A stretch of 64,000 nt of DNA from Octopus bimaculoides (taxonomy: Eukaryota), in the NCBI RefSeq assembly GCF_001194135.2, contig NC_068985.1, forward strand, positions 20,920,835 through 20,984,834. Direction: 5' to 3'. The notes under the pieces are model-generated. The model ran no database searches. It was not told the origin of the DNA and saw only the letters and a list, made by a program, of their open reading frames with translations. This document shows positions 39,087 to 51,317 of this stretch, piece after piece. Position numbers and translations under genes: made by a program. How positions within the stretch are numbered: the stretch's first letter is position 1; every line of letters begins with the position of its first letter.

Positions 39087-39216
39087 TTATGGCCAGTCAA
39101 AGAGCTACCATTAGTTTCACACCTATAAAGTGCTTATAGGGAATTTATAGGAGTTGCCTATACAGCTACGTACCTTATAGGTGCGAAACTAATGGTCACT
39201 CTCTGACTGGCCATAA
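39087..39216. mobile_element. 130-bp hairpin (MITE-like)
   Basis: About 45-bp arms beginning TTATGGCCAGTC..CCATTAGTTTC.CACCTATAA with about 5 mismatches. Confidence 0.75.
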
Positions 39217-39329
39217 TAAATAACCTTCTAAATATATTACTGCTCTAATTTATTAGAATGTGCTTCGTTTTCAGATATATGAACTACTGATGATGTGTGT
39301 GTGTGTGTGTGTGTGAATATATGTATATA

Positions 39330-40208
39330 TGTGGTCTGATCAATAAGTAACCAGACTGTTGCCATAGTAACGAAGCTAAAGTACCAGAGTAAAGCAGCCT
39401 GACCTTGAACCCTGCTGTGCATGTGCACTAGGTTTTTAACATTCTAGCTCACTTCCACCGTTTACAGCAGTGCCTGGAAGGAAGGTGTATTGTGTGTAAT
39501 CACCGCATTGACTATGACAGAAAGTTGAGAAGAGAATCTGCATCAAATTTTGCCAAAAGCTTGGCGATACCTGCTCAGAGGCCTACACAAAGTTTTCAAA
39601 ACGTTTCATCATTCTCGACACAATCAAGGAAATCTTGTTCAACTGAAACCCGAATGTCTTTTTGGTCAGTTGAAAGCAGTTTTGGCACAAACTTGGCAGA
39701 CGTGCGTCTCATACCCAAATCTTCAGTGATAATGGACTGAACTGAGCCATAACTAATTTGCACATCCGCTGATAACTCACAGATGGTGATTTGACGATTT
39801 CTCCTCACAGCTGCATGCACATCTGCGATGTTTTTCTCAGTTCTGCTTGTTGCAGGTCTCCCAGAATGTCTGTCAATATCGACATTTTTTGGCCATCTTG
39901 GAAACGTCTGAAACACTCGTACACTTGTGTGCGGCTCATACACTCCTCTCCATACACTTTCTGCAACTTTGTGTAGGCCTCTGAGCAGGCATCACCATGA
40001 CAACTTTCTCTGTCATGGTCAATGTGTTGATCACGCGCTACACACCTTCCTTCCAAGCACTGCTGTAAACAGCGCGAGCTAGAAAGGTAAAACTTAGTGT
40101 GCATACACAGCAGAGGTCAAGGTCAATTTGTGCCAAGCAGCTTTATTCTGCGTACTTCAGCTTCGTTACTATGGCAACAGTTCAGATACTTATTGATCAG
40201 AGCTCTTA
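39330..40208. mobile_element. Mariner derivative made of two 5' ends in inverted orientation
   Basis: Both ends carry the TIR (TCTGATCAATAAGTA) plus about 190 bp of leader and a start ATG. The + arm encodes ICIKFCQKLGDTCSEAYTK. The - arm encodes CSEAYTKLQKVYGEECMSRTQVYE..GRPATS..LGMRRTSAKFVPKLLS..ENDETF. Confidence 0.85.
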
Positions 40209-41066
40209 TAATGTATGTATGTGTTTATATGTGTCTGTGAGTATGTTTGTATAAGTGTATTATCGTGTATGAGTGTGTTTATGTATGTCTGTGTGTGGCA
40301 TGTATTGAAACAGTAGCAATAACATACATATATAAATGTAAATTTTTTTTTTAATAAGTCATTATTATTGCTGATGAAATGAATTTTCAAACTTTTAACC
40401 AAACGTTTTTTGTTTTGTAAACCTGCATTTTGAAAATTAAGAAAACTGCAAATATTAAAAGCCTGAACAAGTAGTACTGGCTGAGAATCCAGCAAATAAA
40501 TCTGGTCCTTTGCTCAGTCAAATGCAGGGGTTTAATTAAGACTCAAGTTGACATACATATTATTGTATTATGTGGTCATAGTTTGTTGGTTAAGAGCATT
40601 GAAACCCTGCATAAAATAAGGATTCATAAGCTTAATCACAGCAGATTTACATAGAAATTTGGTATATATGACCCTTTTCTATGAATGTAGTTCAAATCAT
40701 TCATAACAAATATTGGAATAATTCGATGCTCTTTATTCCACTGTATGAAATATTCCTATATTACATTTTGCCGACACAAAACATCATTAGTTTTGTTACA
40801 TTCTATTGCTTTTACTATACAAATGACGCAAAATGGAAAGTCAAAAATAATTTTGTTACTAATGATGGTTTATGTAATTATACATGTGTATTTGTATTGT
40901 GAAAACATACTGTATTCTAGTGTAGTGATCTGTTTGGATTAGCCATTCTCTAGGACTGGCTTTATATTCCAATAATTTAGTTCCACAAGAACTAAGAAAA
41001 TATATTTTTATTAAAAGAAGCCTGGTGAGCTGTCATCCTATGGTTTAAGTTTGAAAGCCAAAATGA

Positions 41067-41067
<1 letters not shown>

Positions 41068-41137
<70 letters not shown>
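41068..41137. repeat. (TG)n microsatellite
   Basis: Long perfect TG run. Confidence 0.95.
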
Positions 41138-41138
<1 letters not shown>

Positions 41139-42049
41139 TAACTCTATCATAGAGCAAACATGTAAACAATAACATGTTTTAAATTTTAATCATCTTTTCT
41201 ATTATCTCTTTTCTTTTTCTGTGAATTCCTACTGAATCTGTTTGTAGATCAATGATATGTATGTCTTTCTATTTTTTGTCTGTCTGTATGTCCGATTGCC
41301 TGTTTCTCCCTTTCTTCCTCTACTTCCACTTCCTTCTTTGCCTATAACTGTTCTAAACCCAGTTTCTAGGAACTGGTATCTATGAACATTTAATAATGGC
41401 ACCACATAGAAATCTTGCGAGCACAAAATCTACAATTAGTAACATTGACACACATCTACATAGATACATGTTTACAAATGGTATTATAAAAATCAAATAT
41501 CAAAGCACTTTATGCAACTGAGGTGCATGATGTTGAGTTGTGCACAATAATGCCAGAAACCCATGCAAATGATAAAAATAATGATAGTAACTTGGGCTAA
41601 AAGGGAAAACAAGACTTGGCTTCATGCTTCCCAGGAATCTCACATATTTGGATCACTTTAAAAGCACTCAGTATGCAGATGTATAGGAAATGCCTAGTAA
41701 AGAAAATGCATACTGAATCAATTGTCACCCAAGTAAAAAGAAAACAAAAGTGAGCTGTGGTCCCCTGGAGTCAAACCAGTCTAGTCCAAGGTCGAAACAC
41801 TTGCTAATGGTTTGATCTCTTCCCAAACACAGTCATGGGGTCTCCCTGTAGCAGGATGATTCCAAACAATCGCTCCTCAAGTTTTCTATTTTTATCTTGT
41901 AAAGTTAAAACAAGGCAAAAATGGACGAGGGAGGAAAACAAGGATGTTCTAGAGGTCTCTTACACTGCAATATATATTCCATCAGTAGATCTTATATGGA
42001 ACAAAGGTATTTAAACAGGAGAGAGAGAAAATTCCTACCAATAGGTCAA

Positions 42050-42830
42050 ACATAGAGAGCAATGAATTGACTAATGTTTGCAGGAACATCATAAAGAATA
42101 GACTGTTGCTTTGGAATAAAATATAAGGTAAATACAACAATAAAATCCCTCTTCAATGAAAAATGATGTGGATCTCACCTCACTGAATAATCTACACTAT
42201 GCTGAAGCTTCAATAACAACAGCACTGCATAGAATTCAAATAAAGAGAAAAACTAAACATATAAACAGGAAACTAGCATGACAACAGACATTTAAAAAAA
42301 TAGAATTAATGTTCTCCGATCTGATACTGAAATACTTAAAAATATGGAAAGCAAACAAAATGTTAAGATAACAAAAATTATGATGTATAAAGAAAACACA
42401 AGAAAAGGGTAAGTGAAATCAATGAAGTAATCAAGAAAAGTCAAGTAAATTGTCCAAACTTAAGTGGCACATTTAAGGTGGTTCAAGAAAAAATCAAAGT
42501 CCCTCAAGGATAACAGTATGTTCTGAAACAATCTTAAAAACTTGTATTGAAAAATTGCAAAAACTAATATGGCAATTAAAACCACTAAGGACATATTGCA
42601 AAAGTTTTGGAAATCTGATTGAATCCCAAAGAATATAATCGTGATGCTCCTGGGTTCATCAGCAAGTCAGAAACCTTGAATGCATTAAAGAGCAAATATG
42701 GAAAAGATCTCAGAACTGAGAAAAATCTAGTAGATGGACATCACCTGGACAAGATAGAATCTCTAACTTCTGGCTAAATGCTCTCTGTAAATCCTGTGAG
42801 AAAGTGATCGATCTGTGTAATAACGACCAT
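42050..42830 (+). mobile_element. R4/Dong-like non-LTR retrotransposon relic (pre-RT region)
   Basis: KSSRWTSPGQDRISNFWLNAL at about 42720-42785, similar to the NWKAPG.D...FWLK motif; FWKS upstream; many stops. Confidence 0.55.
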
Positions 42831-42998
42831 GAGAAAATCCCTCTCTGGCTGGTAAATGGAGTAACTTACTCCCCAAAAGTGATGAAACTAATTACCTTGC
42901 ACCCCTCCCCACACAAAAGCTACCTACCAATAACATGCCTTATTACTATGTTTAAAATACTAACATGCCAGTGATTCTGATATTGGTATATATATGAC

Positions 42999-43283
42999 CA
43001 GTAGCAGACTGGGTCTGAAAATATTGGTTGCCAGGAGACTAAGGGGGCCCACCCGCAACTACAATGCTATCATTTAATTTTTTTTTTTTTTTTTTGTTGA
43101 AAGTATTCTTTTCAACTGTCTACAAACACAGCCAGGCTGAAATAATTAATGCATTCTTCCTGGAGTGATCAAAAAATTCTCAAACTTGAGAGGATACTAA
43201 CATGAGTCCCCATATATGGATTCTAATGGCACAGGGGCCCACTCGCCATCATGCAAGCTAGCAACCTGGCCAGTCTACCACTG
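42999..43283. mobile_element. hAT-type MITE
   Basis: TIRs CAGTAGCAGACTGG / CCAGTCTACCACTG; exact 8-bp TSD TATATGAC (42991-42998, 43284-43291). Confidence 0.85.
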
Positions 43284-43422
43284 TATATGACCCATCAGTG
43301 ACTGGCTGTGCCTGGACTTCAGAGACAGCATCAGAAAACTTCATTATAACAGCTAAGTATCAGTGTCTTACCCATGCTAACATTAAAAAAAAATGGTGCT
43401 GATCCTCTCTGTCACTGGTGTG

Positions 43423-43458
<36 letters not shown>

Positions 43459-43880
43459 ACAGGTGCATGCGTACATGCCTGCATGTAATTATTTCTTCAA
43501 CTGATTTTGTTTTAAGCCAGTATCTTAAATTTCACAAATGCTCGATCTATCTGGCTAGCTGGTAGACTGTAAAGTAGAGAAATAAGGCATCAGCCTAAGA
43601 AACATGATAATATTCTACACCATATATTGAGTACTTTTCCATCTGTTTGCCCCTTAACATTTTATGCTTCCTTGAGAAATCACAACAGTCCCAATATGGC
43701 TGCTGTCTTAGAGCATGCATGCATAAATTCACAAGATATCATCACCTTAGTAGCTGCATTTTCTAGAATTACACCAACTCTGCTTGATAGAGAAAAAGCT
43801 CTACTTTAAACATTCAAATGTTTATGTGATCTAGCACAACATTTTTCACCAACCTGAAATATGTTTGTCAAATCAAAGTG

Positions 43881-43984
43881 ACTACATTTCAGAACATTAC
43901 TGTGCAATTCCTTACATATACACCTTTCAGACTACATTTCAGAACATTACTGTGCAATTCCGTACATGTACACCTTTCAGACTA
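43881..43984. repeat. 50-bp tandem duplication
   Basis: 43881-43930 and 43931-43980 differ at 2 positions. Confidence 0.95.
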
Positions 43985-45131
43985 AGCCTTATACACTCAG
44001 TGTTATACAAGGAAATGAAAGAATAATTGGATATCATCATATTTCTTATGGTTGGTGACATCTGCAAATATTGACTGTTGTCTCAAAGAATATTGAAGCA
44101 TAAGTATAGTGTTTCTGTAGTTATTATTCCTCAGAACATTAAGAAATTACATTTGAAGACTTCCATGAGAGTAGAGTTGATTGATACACCACATTCATGG
44201 AGACAGGAGGCAATAATGGAATAACACAAAATATTTGAAATTCTTTAGAAAGTAAACCATACTTAACTACGATACTGACTGACTTGATAGGGACCATAAA
44301 GAATAAATTTTATAAATGTAGTGCATCTTCAATAGCAGAATACTAACTTCCAAATATTTAGCTAATATGGTGATATTTTATCAACTTGGTCAGTTGTAAC
44401 TGATATACATATTTGTTATTTGAGCATGCACACATATATATATAATGATGTACCAAAGCTCGAAGATGTATACTTTACATGATATGAAATATAGTCAACA
44501 CAATGTATACGTCTTGCTAAAGTTTGCTTCCAAATTATATGGTTTTGGGTTCTGTTCTACAGTATGATTCCTTGGACAAGTGTCTTCTACTATAACTCTT
44601 GGGCATAGATTTAGTAGATGGAGACTGACAGAGATCCATTGTATTTGTATATGTATGTATGTGTAAGGATGAAATTATGTGTATGTGTGTCTTCATGTCT
44701 CCTTGTCTTGACATCAAGTCATAGCTGTGAACAAGCATCACCTTCTTGCAAATACTGTCATTCATTTCCAGTCTTTTGTGATAGTATGTTCAGCCAAGGA
44801 GAACTATTACTTTGCTTGAAAACAAATATGGGTCAGTGACACAAAGAGCGTCCCCACCCACAGAAAATGTGTCTCAAGAAAGTCCTTCTAACCCATTCAA
44901 ACATGGAAAAGTAGGAGTTGAAATTATGGTAATTCATGTATGCATATGCACAAACATATATATGCGTGTGTGTGTGTGTGTGGTGTAGTTTTTCACCAAT
45001 TGAATTCTTCGTCAACATCATATTTCAAGACTCAAAAGGTTTTTCTCACATTTTGATGAAGGGTTCAGTCCAAAAAGTCAGAAGATTCTTTTCCTAATGG
45101 CATATGGACTTCAACAACTTTATGCTCTCTC

Positions 45132-45186
<55 letters not shown>

Positions 45187-45415
45187 CTACCTCTTAAGTT
45201 ATTATTGTTATAACAAACACTTCAGATTGATGTTAATTACCCATGTATTTAACTTAAACACTACACCAAGCATTCTGTTATAAGCATTTGGATTAGGTCT
45301 TTGGTTTGAGAGTACATTTCACCTTTCCTCTCACCTTTCCTCTTGGAGGCCCTATAAAGAATCATAGACCATTTGTTCCTGTTTAAGCAATAAAACAATA
45401 TCTTTTAAACATATA

Positions 45416-45632
45416 CGAGGGAGTGCTGAAAAGTTCTTGGCATTAGGTAAAAGAAAATGCAGAAGGATCAATTAATTACGATTTTATTCAACATGTTCCC
45501 CTCTCAGATTCACACACCTATTGCAGCAGTCTTTCAGTTTTCCTAAGCCCTGTAAAATAACTCAGAAGGTTGGGCTTCCAACCAGGCCTTTCACGACACC
45601 CTTAAAACCAGGAACTTTTCAGTACCCCTTCA
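45416..45632. mobile_element. Tc1/mariner-type MITE
   Basis: TIRs CGAGGGAGTGCTGAAAAGTTC / GAACTTTTCAGTACCCCTTCA, preceded by TA; an inverted partial copy lies at about 46157-46240. Confidence 0.8.
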
Positions 45633-45809
45633 TGTATGTATATATAATTAAAAAGTCTCTATCTGATCTGATATAAACGAAATTGTTACAAACACACATA
45701 TGGACGCACATACTTACATATAAGCATGAACACATAAGTGCGTGCACACATATGAGCGTGCACACATACGAGCTTGCACACACTCACATGCTCATACCAA
45801 ACAGTTTCG

Positions 45810-46042
45810 AAACAACGCCAGATCATATATTCAAAATAAATGGAAGTGGAGAGACAAGTTACTGAAGAGATTGCAAGAGTGCAATGAAATAATTTAACAA
45901 AAAACTATATAAATTAATAAAGGACTGAACCAGTGCGTGTGTTTATTACCGGCATAATGCCTCTCCCAAGGTTTAATTGTATTTCTTTCAACACACGTAT
46001 CCACATCAAGAATCTTGCACACGAAATACACATACGAAATAT
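45810..46042 (+). mobile_element. Short young repeat (putative PLE pseudo-LTR fragment)
   Basis: Identical by eye over 177 bp to 63678-63854; reverse complement of 63303-63523 with 1 mismatch; ends in a (TA)n/(TACA)n tract. Confidence 0.75.
45858..45898 (+). ncRNA. Candidate minimal type I hammerhead ribozyme
   Basis: GTTA-CTGAAGA-G-ATTGCA-AGAG-TGCAAT-GAAA-T-A-ATT-TAAC: intact CUGANGA and GAAA, 6-bp stem II, 4-bp stem I, AUU site. One extra G before stem II and a very short stem III. Confidence 0.45.
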
Positions 46043-46050
46043 ATATATAC

Positions 46051-46098
<48 letters not shown>

Positions 46099-46785
46099 CA
46101 TCATCATCCTCATTTAACGCCCACCAATGATGATGATGATGATGATATACATACATAAGGAGGTGCTAAAAAGTTCCTGGCTGTAAGGGTATCATGAAAC
46201 GCCTGGTTGGAAGCCCAACCAACCTTCTAAGTTCTTTTACATATACATACTGCAGATAATAAAATTTTATTAAATGCTATATCTCCATTTTCTTACTGTC
46301 TTTTGAATGATTATAAACCATGGTTTATATATAAACCTATTGTTTTATGAATATTATTAGGTATTGAACCAGTAACTCATTGGATGATACCATCCCTTAA
46401 TGAGGCTCATTTAACCTCTAATTGAATTCATATATATATATATATATAAACACATCCCAACTACAAACCATTGCCAATTAGTTACTCATCTGTGGTAAAG
46501 TGCCCTTAATTATAAGTTCTTGTTTCTGTTTATTGGTTTATTATGGCTATTTCTGGCTTCATAAAATGATTATATAAATAGTCAATTCTTAGAAATATTA
46601 TATGAGTGTTGTTACAAACTACAAAATTAATCAATTAGTGATAACAAAAGAGAGAGAAAAAGTAATACTAAAAAGCATTCAGTTTCTCTGTGGTTTACCA
46701 CCACCAAAACTTTGTTACCACTTGTTTTGAAATGTGACAGCTGTTAAACCAATTGTAGATTATAGGCTGTACTTTCATATACATA

Positions 46786-46786
46786 C

Positions 46787-46859
<73 letters not shown>

Positions 46860-46907
46860 ACAGATAGATAAATATTCACATATAGATGCATACATGCATA
46901 CAGACAT

Positions 46908-46960
<53 letters not shown>
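46786..46960. repeat. Compound (TA)n-(GATA)n-(GA)n-(GACA)n microsatellite
   Basis: Directly visible. Confidence 0.95.
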
Positions 46961-47639
46961 GAAGGCAGAAATGCAGAAATTTCACAAATAGATCATAAGT
47001 TAATTACTTTAAATAGCTGTTACATTAGGAATAAACATCATTAATTCTATAGTTATGTAATTAATATGAATTAATTTAAATTGAATTAATTTGGCACAAT
47101 GCTTATGCAAAATCTTCAGAATGGACCATTGTTAGTATTTAAACCAGCAATGGCTTATAGCTAGCATAGTTGGTATTATTCCTGATGATTTGAGATAAAC
47201 ATTGATTTAATATTAATCATATATATATATATATTATGTAATTATAGAATTAATAATGTTTACCCGTAATAAAGCTTTTAAGGAATGTAATTAAATTATG
47301 ATTCATCTGAAACTTATGCTTTCCTGCCTTTTATTATAAATATTCATTGCTCTTAAGGATTATCTTAGCTGATTGTGTATATACATTCCAGTTGGTTCCA
47401 CCTGGATTTACTGCAATAACATGTTGGATTTTAACAACTTATTATTAATGGAGCTCTTGACTATCATGGGTGTATATATAAGGAAAAGTTCAATTATCTC
47501 TAATTGTACAGTTCTATATTTGAGAGATGAGGAATTATCTACATTATTTACTTTATGAATCATATCAATCCATAATCCTTATTTTAGTCTCTTTTTGTTA
47601 CATTACTAAGTTACAGGACATAAATGGACACAATATAAA

Positions 47640-47840
47640 CACAAATATGAACACTCACACACGCATACACATAAATAACAAGCTTCTACACAGTTTCTAT
47701 CTACCAAATTTTATTTACTTGACATTGGTCAATCTAACAGTAGAAGACACTTAATCAAGGTGTCACTTCATGGTATTAAACCTGAAACTTTGTGGTTGCA
47801 AAGTAACATTTTAACCATGTAGCAACGCTGGCACCTATTC
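47640..47840 (-). mobile_element. SINE family A relic
   Basis: CAGTTTCTATCTACCAAATT..GTAGAAGACACTTAATCAAGGTGTCAC. Confidence 0.65.
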
Positions 47841-49599
47841 TAGATATTTTACTGCATTTATTTTAATCTGCAAAATTAGATAAGTTACTTGCTTAATTTG
47901 ACAATAAAATATTAGAGAGAGCATCTAGCCATAAACACGTTTCATGCTAATGAATGAGATAGTAAATATAAGCAGCATTCTTTCTATCTTTTAATGAGCT
48001 GCATTTGTTAAATAAAACTTTTCTTGTAATATAAATTACATCACTTTATATTACCATTTTTTTGTTGTTTCCATTTTCTTACTTCATTTTTCAATGTATG
48101 GCTATTTTCTAAACCAAATAATTCAGAGATTCTATTTTTATCAGAAACTTTTTCACCTTAATTTCCTCAAAAAATCATCTGCTCTCTTTATTGCTCCCAG
48201 ACCTCTTCAATCTTACCCAACACTCATCACTAAACTTCCTGTCTTGCATTAACACAGACAAATCTTCTGATCATTTTTCTTACTTTAAATCTATCTTCCA
48301 CTTCCATAGTAGCCATATTCAACAAATCTTCTGCCTTCTTGACCTTAGCAAATATATAGACCCAAATAGCATCCAACAGCTATCTTCACATAATGTACAA
48401 CATATTCACTACCTATTCTAACCAAAGTATTTGATTTCTCTTTGTGTCTGTGTGATTGTGTGTGTGTGTGTGTGGATAGATAGATAGATGCAAATCATGA
48501 TTTTTTTCAGATGTAAGCATATATATTTATCTTTCAAATAAAGTTTATCTATCTCTAAAAGAAGATAAATTCTAAGACCTTGGAATTAACGGGATGATAG
48601 ATTATGAGAAAGCTAAATTTGGATTAACTGAAAATGATCTGAAATAATTGGCCACACAATCATGTTAATGAGGAAAATATTTCATGAATGTTTCTTGATT
48701 TCTGATCAAGATGCAAAGCAAAAATGCATTTATCAACATAGAATATTTATTAGAAAATACATTTTTCAACTAAAGTTCAACTTTACAGAAAGTTTTTCAT
48801 CTGAAGAACTGATCTTAGTTAGAAAAACAAGTACAATATTTAAAAATATTATCATAAAAAATAACACCTGCTAAAAAAATAATTTTCTGTCATAGATACT
48901 AATTCATCCAAAGAAAACCAAATATAAGTTTGGTAAGCATCATGCTGCTAAACTGTCTGTAATCCTCACTTAGAGAAAATTGATACTATTTTCTGCTAGT
49001 TGAGTATCATGTTTCTGAGGTTTGTCATGAAGCAGCCAATCTTAGAAATTGTAGAAATCATGTTTCTGTCAGGTTATTTTTAAAAGAAACAAATGAGGAC
49101 TCTCTTCAGAAGTAAGATATATAGAAATAAAGTAAAATTTCTAGATCTCATTTAGCTCTCAGAAAAATTGTTTTAATATAAATTCAGGTAAATTTTAATA
49201 TTCAATTTTATTCTATTAATTAGTTCCCTCCTTTTGTCATAAAGGTCATCAAGTTATTCAGAATGAGAGTGGTTTGATATCAATGTATCTTCAGACTGAT
49301 GAATACATTTTTGTACATTTGAAACTTAATTCAATGTGTTCTTGAATTACTGATTTGTCTCTGTGGATGAAAGATAGCAAACGTGTACTGCAACAATTAA
49401 TAAAATCCCCAGGAATTATTTACATCTAAAATCTATCTAAATAGAAAATAGTATAGTTGATTGAAGATATATGAGTGTATGTTTACTTAATATACACTAA
49501 GTAATCTTTTCCTTTGATACATATACTACCTTTTTTTTTTTTTTTTTTTTGCAAGAAGATTATATTAACTATTTTGTGGATTTTACATTATTTTTTATC

Positions 49600-49787
49600 T
49601 TTTATGCATTTCAGTCATTAGACTGCAGCCATACTGAGCTTAAAGTTTTAGTCAAATGAATCGACCCCAGTACTATTTTTTTTTAAACCTGGTATATATT
49701 CTATTGGTCTTTTGCTGAACCACTAAGTTATGGGGATGTAAACACACCAACACTGGTTGTCAAATGGTGATGGGGTGACAAATACAA

Positions 49788-49846
<59 letters not shown>

Positions 49847-50010
49847 CACACACAACAGGCTTCTTTCAGTTTTTGTCTACCAAATCCACTCACAAGGCTT
49901 TGGTTGGCCTGAAGCTATAGTAGAAAACACTTGCCCAAGGTGTCACACAGTAGGACTGAACCTGGAACCACATGATTGGGAAGCAAGCTTCTTACTACAC
50001 AACCACTCCT
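49600..50010 (-). mobile_element. SINE family A, full length
   Basis: Reverse complement of 29697-30125, including the internal (CA)/(TA) tract. Confidence 0.88.
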
Positions 50011-50769
50011 GAATACTTTTACTAAAATATTATTGAAACATTAATTTTAAAAAATTATTCACAATGATCAAGAGTCTTTCCTAGTGACATAACATACATA
50101 ACATAGCTAAAACATCTACCCAGAAAATATTTCATGCCAGATTCTATAAGAAGCTCAAATAAATTCCACAATGGTGTACTACTCCTACATTTAGGGCAGT
50201 GCTGCTGCTACACACACAAATCTCTTAGGCTGTATCCAAAAGAACATCATCTAGATGGTTAGTAATGACTTATTTCTCTATATCCTACAATTATTATCTC
50301 ATGAATGTTTCTTCTCTATCTTTTCTATCAGTACTGCAACAAATCCCTCACAAAGGCCTTCCAAAAATACATGCTTTTTATCACCCCTGCTGAACCTTTT
50401 CAACACCCATTCTGTGGTTCAACTTCACCAATCTTAACTACAGATATAGGCCTAAACATGTGCAAACTTGAACCTTTTAGGTTCAAGATATATCTCATGG
50501 ATGCTTTAGAATGCATCATCAGCAATGTTTCTGGGGTCATAGGAGGACTATTGAGTCTTTCAACATCAGACCCCCTTGCCCAGTTGATCAAGACCCAGCT
50601 TAATCCTTTACCTTTTTAACAGGCCATATCTGACCCAAATATGCTACCTCATTTATGTTCTAGCAGGCAGATCCAGCCTATCATACCTACCCCTCAATGC
50701 CATTCTAAATATATAGCCACATCAGCAAAATTTCAAAGCTACAATATAATGCGTGATTAATTAAAAACA

Positions 50770-51278
50770 GCGGAGCGCTAACAGCACCACCCGAGCAGGA
50801 TCATTGCTAGAGCAGCTGTCTGGCTTCCATGCAGGTGGCATGTAAAAAGCACCATTTGGGCGTGATCATTACCTGCGTTGCCTTACTGGCACTTGTGCCG
50901 GTGGCACATGAACAAAACATTCGAGCGAGGTCGTTGTCAGTGCTGCTGGACTGACTCCTGTGCAGATGGCACATAAAAAAACACCATTTGAACGTGGCCA
51001 TTGCCAGTATCCCCTGACTGGCCCTCGTGCCGGTGGCACGTAAAAGCACCCACTACACTCTCGGAGTGGTTGGCGTTAGGAAGGGAATCCAGCTGTAGAA
51101 ACTCTGCCAGGTCAGATTGGAGCCTAGTGCAGCCATCTGGTTCACCAGTCCTCAGTCAAATCATCCAACCCATGNNNNNNNNNNAGGTCAGATTGGAGCC
51201 TAGTGCAGCCATCTGGTTCACCAGTCCTCAGTCAAATCATCCAACCCATGGCACTGGCATGGAAAGCAGACGTTAAAC

Positions 51279-51315
<37 letters not shown>
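50770..51315 (+). mobile_element. SINE family C with four internal repeats of about 66 bp and a (GAT)n tail
   Basis: GC(C/A)G(G/A)TGGCA units start at 50831, 50897, 50962 and 51029, followed by the standard 3' arm. Confidence 0.85.

Positions 51316-51317
<2 letters not shown>

Noticed and set aside
50150-50760. Degraded coding-like region on the minus strand (LNSPPMTPETLLMMHSKASMRY)
   Set aside because: Probably a TE relic, but I could not recognise any family motif.
51109-51250. Exact 66-bp direct duplication on either side of a 10-N gap
   Set aside because: Identical sequence flanking a scaffolding gap is the signature of unmerged overlapping contig ends.
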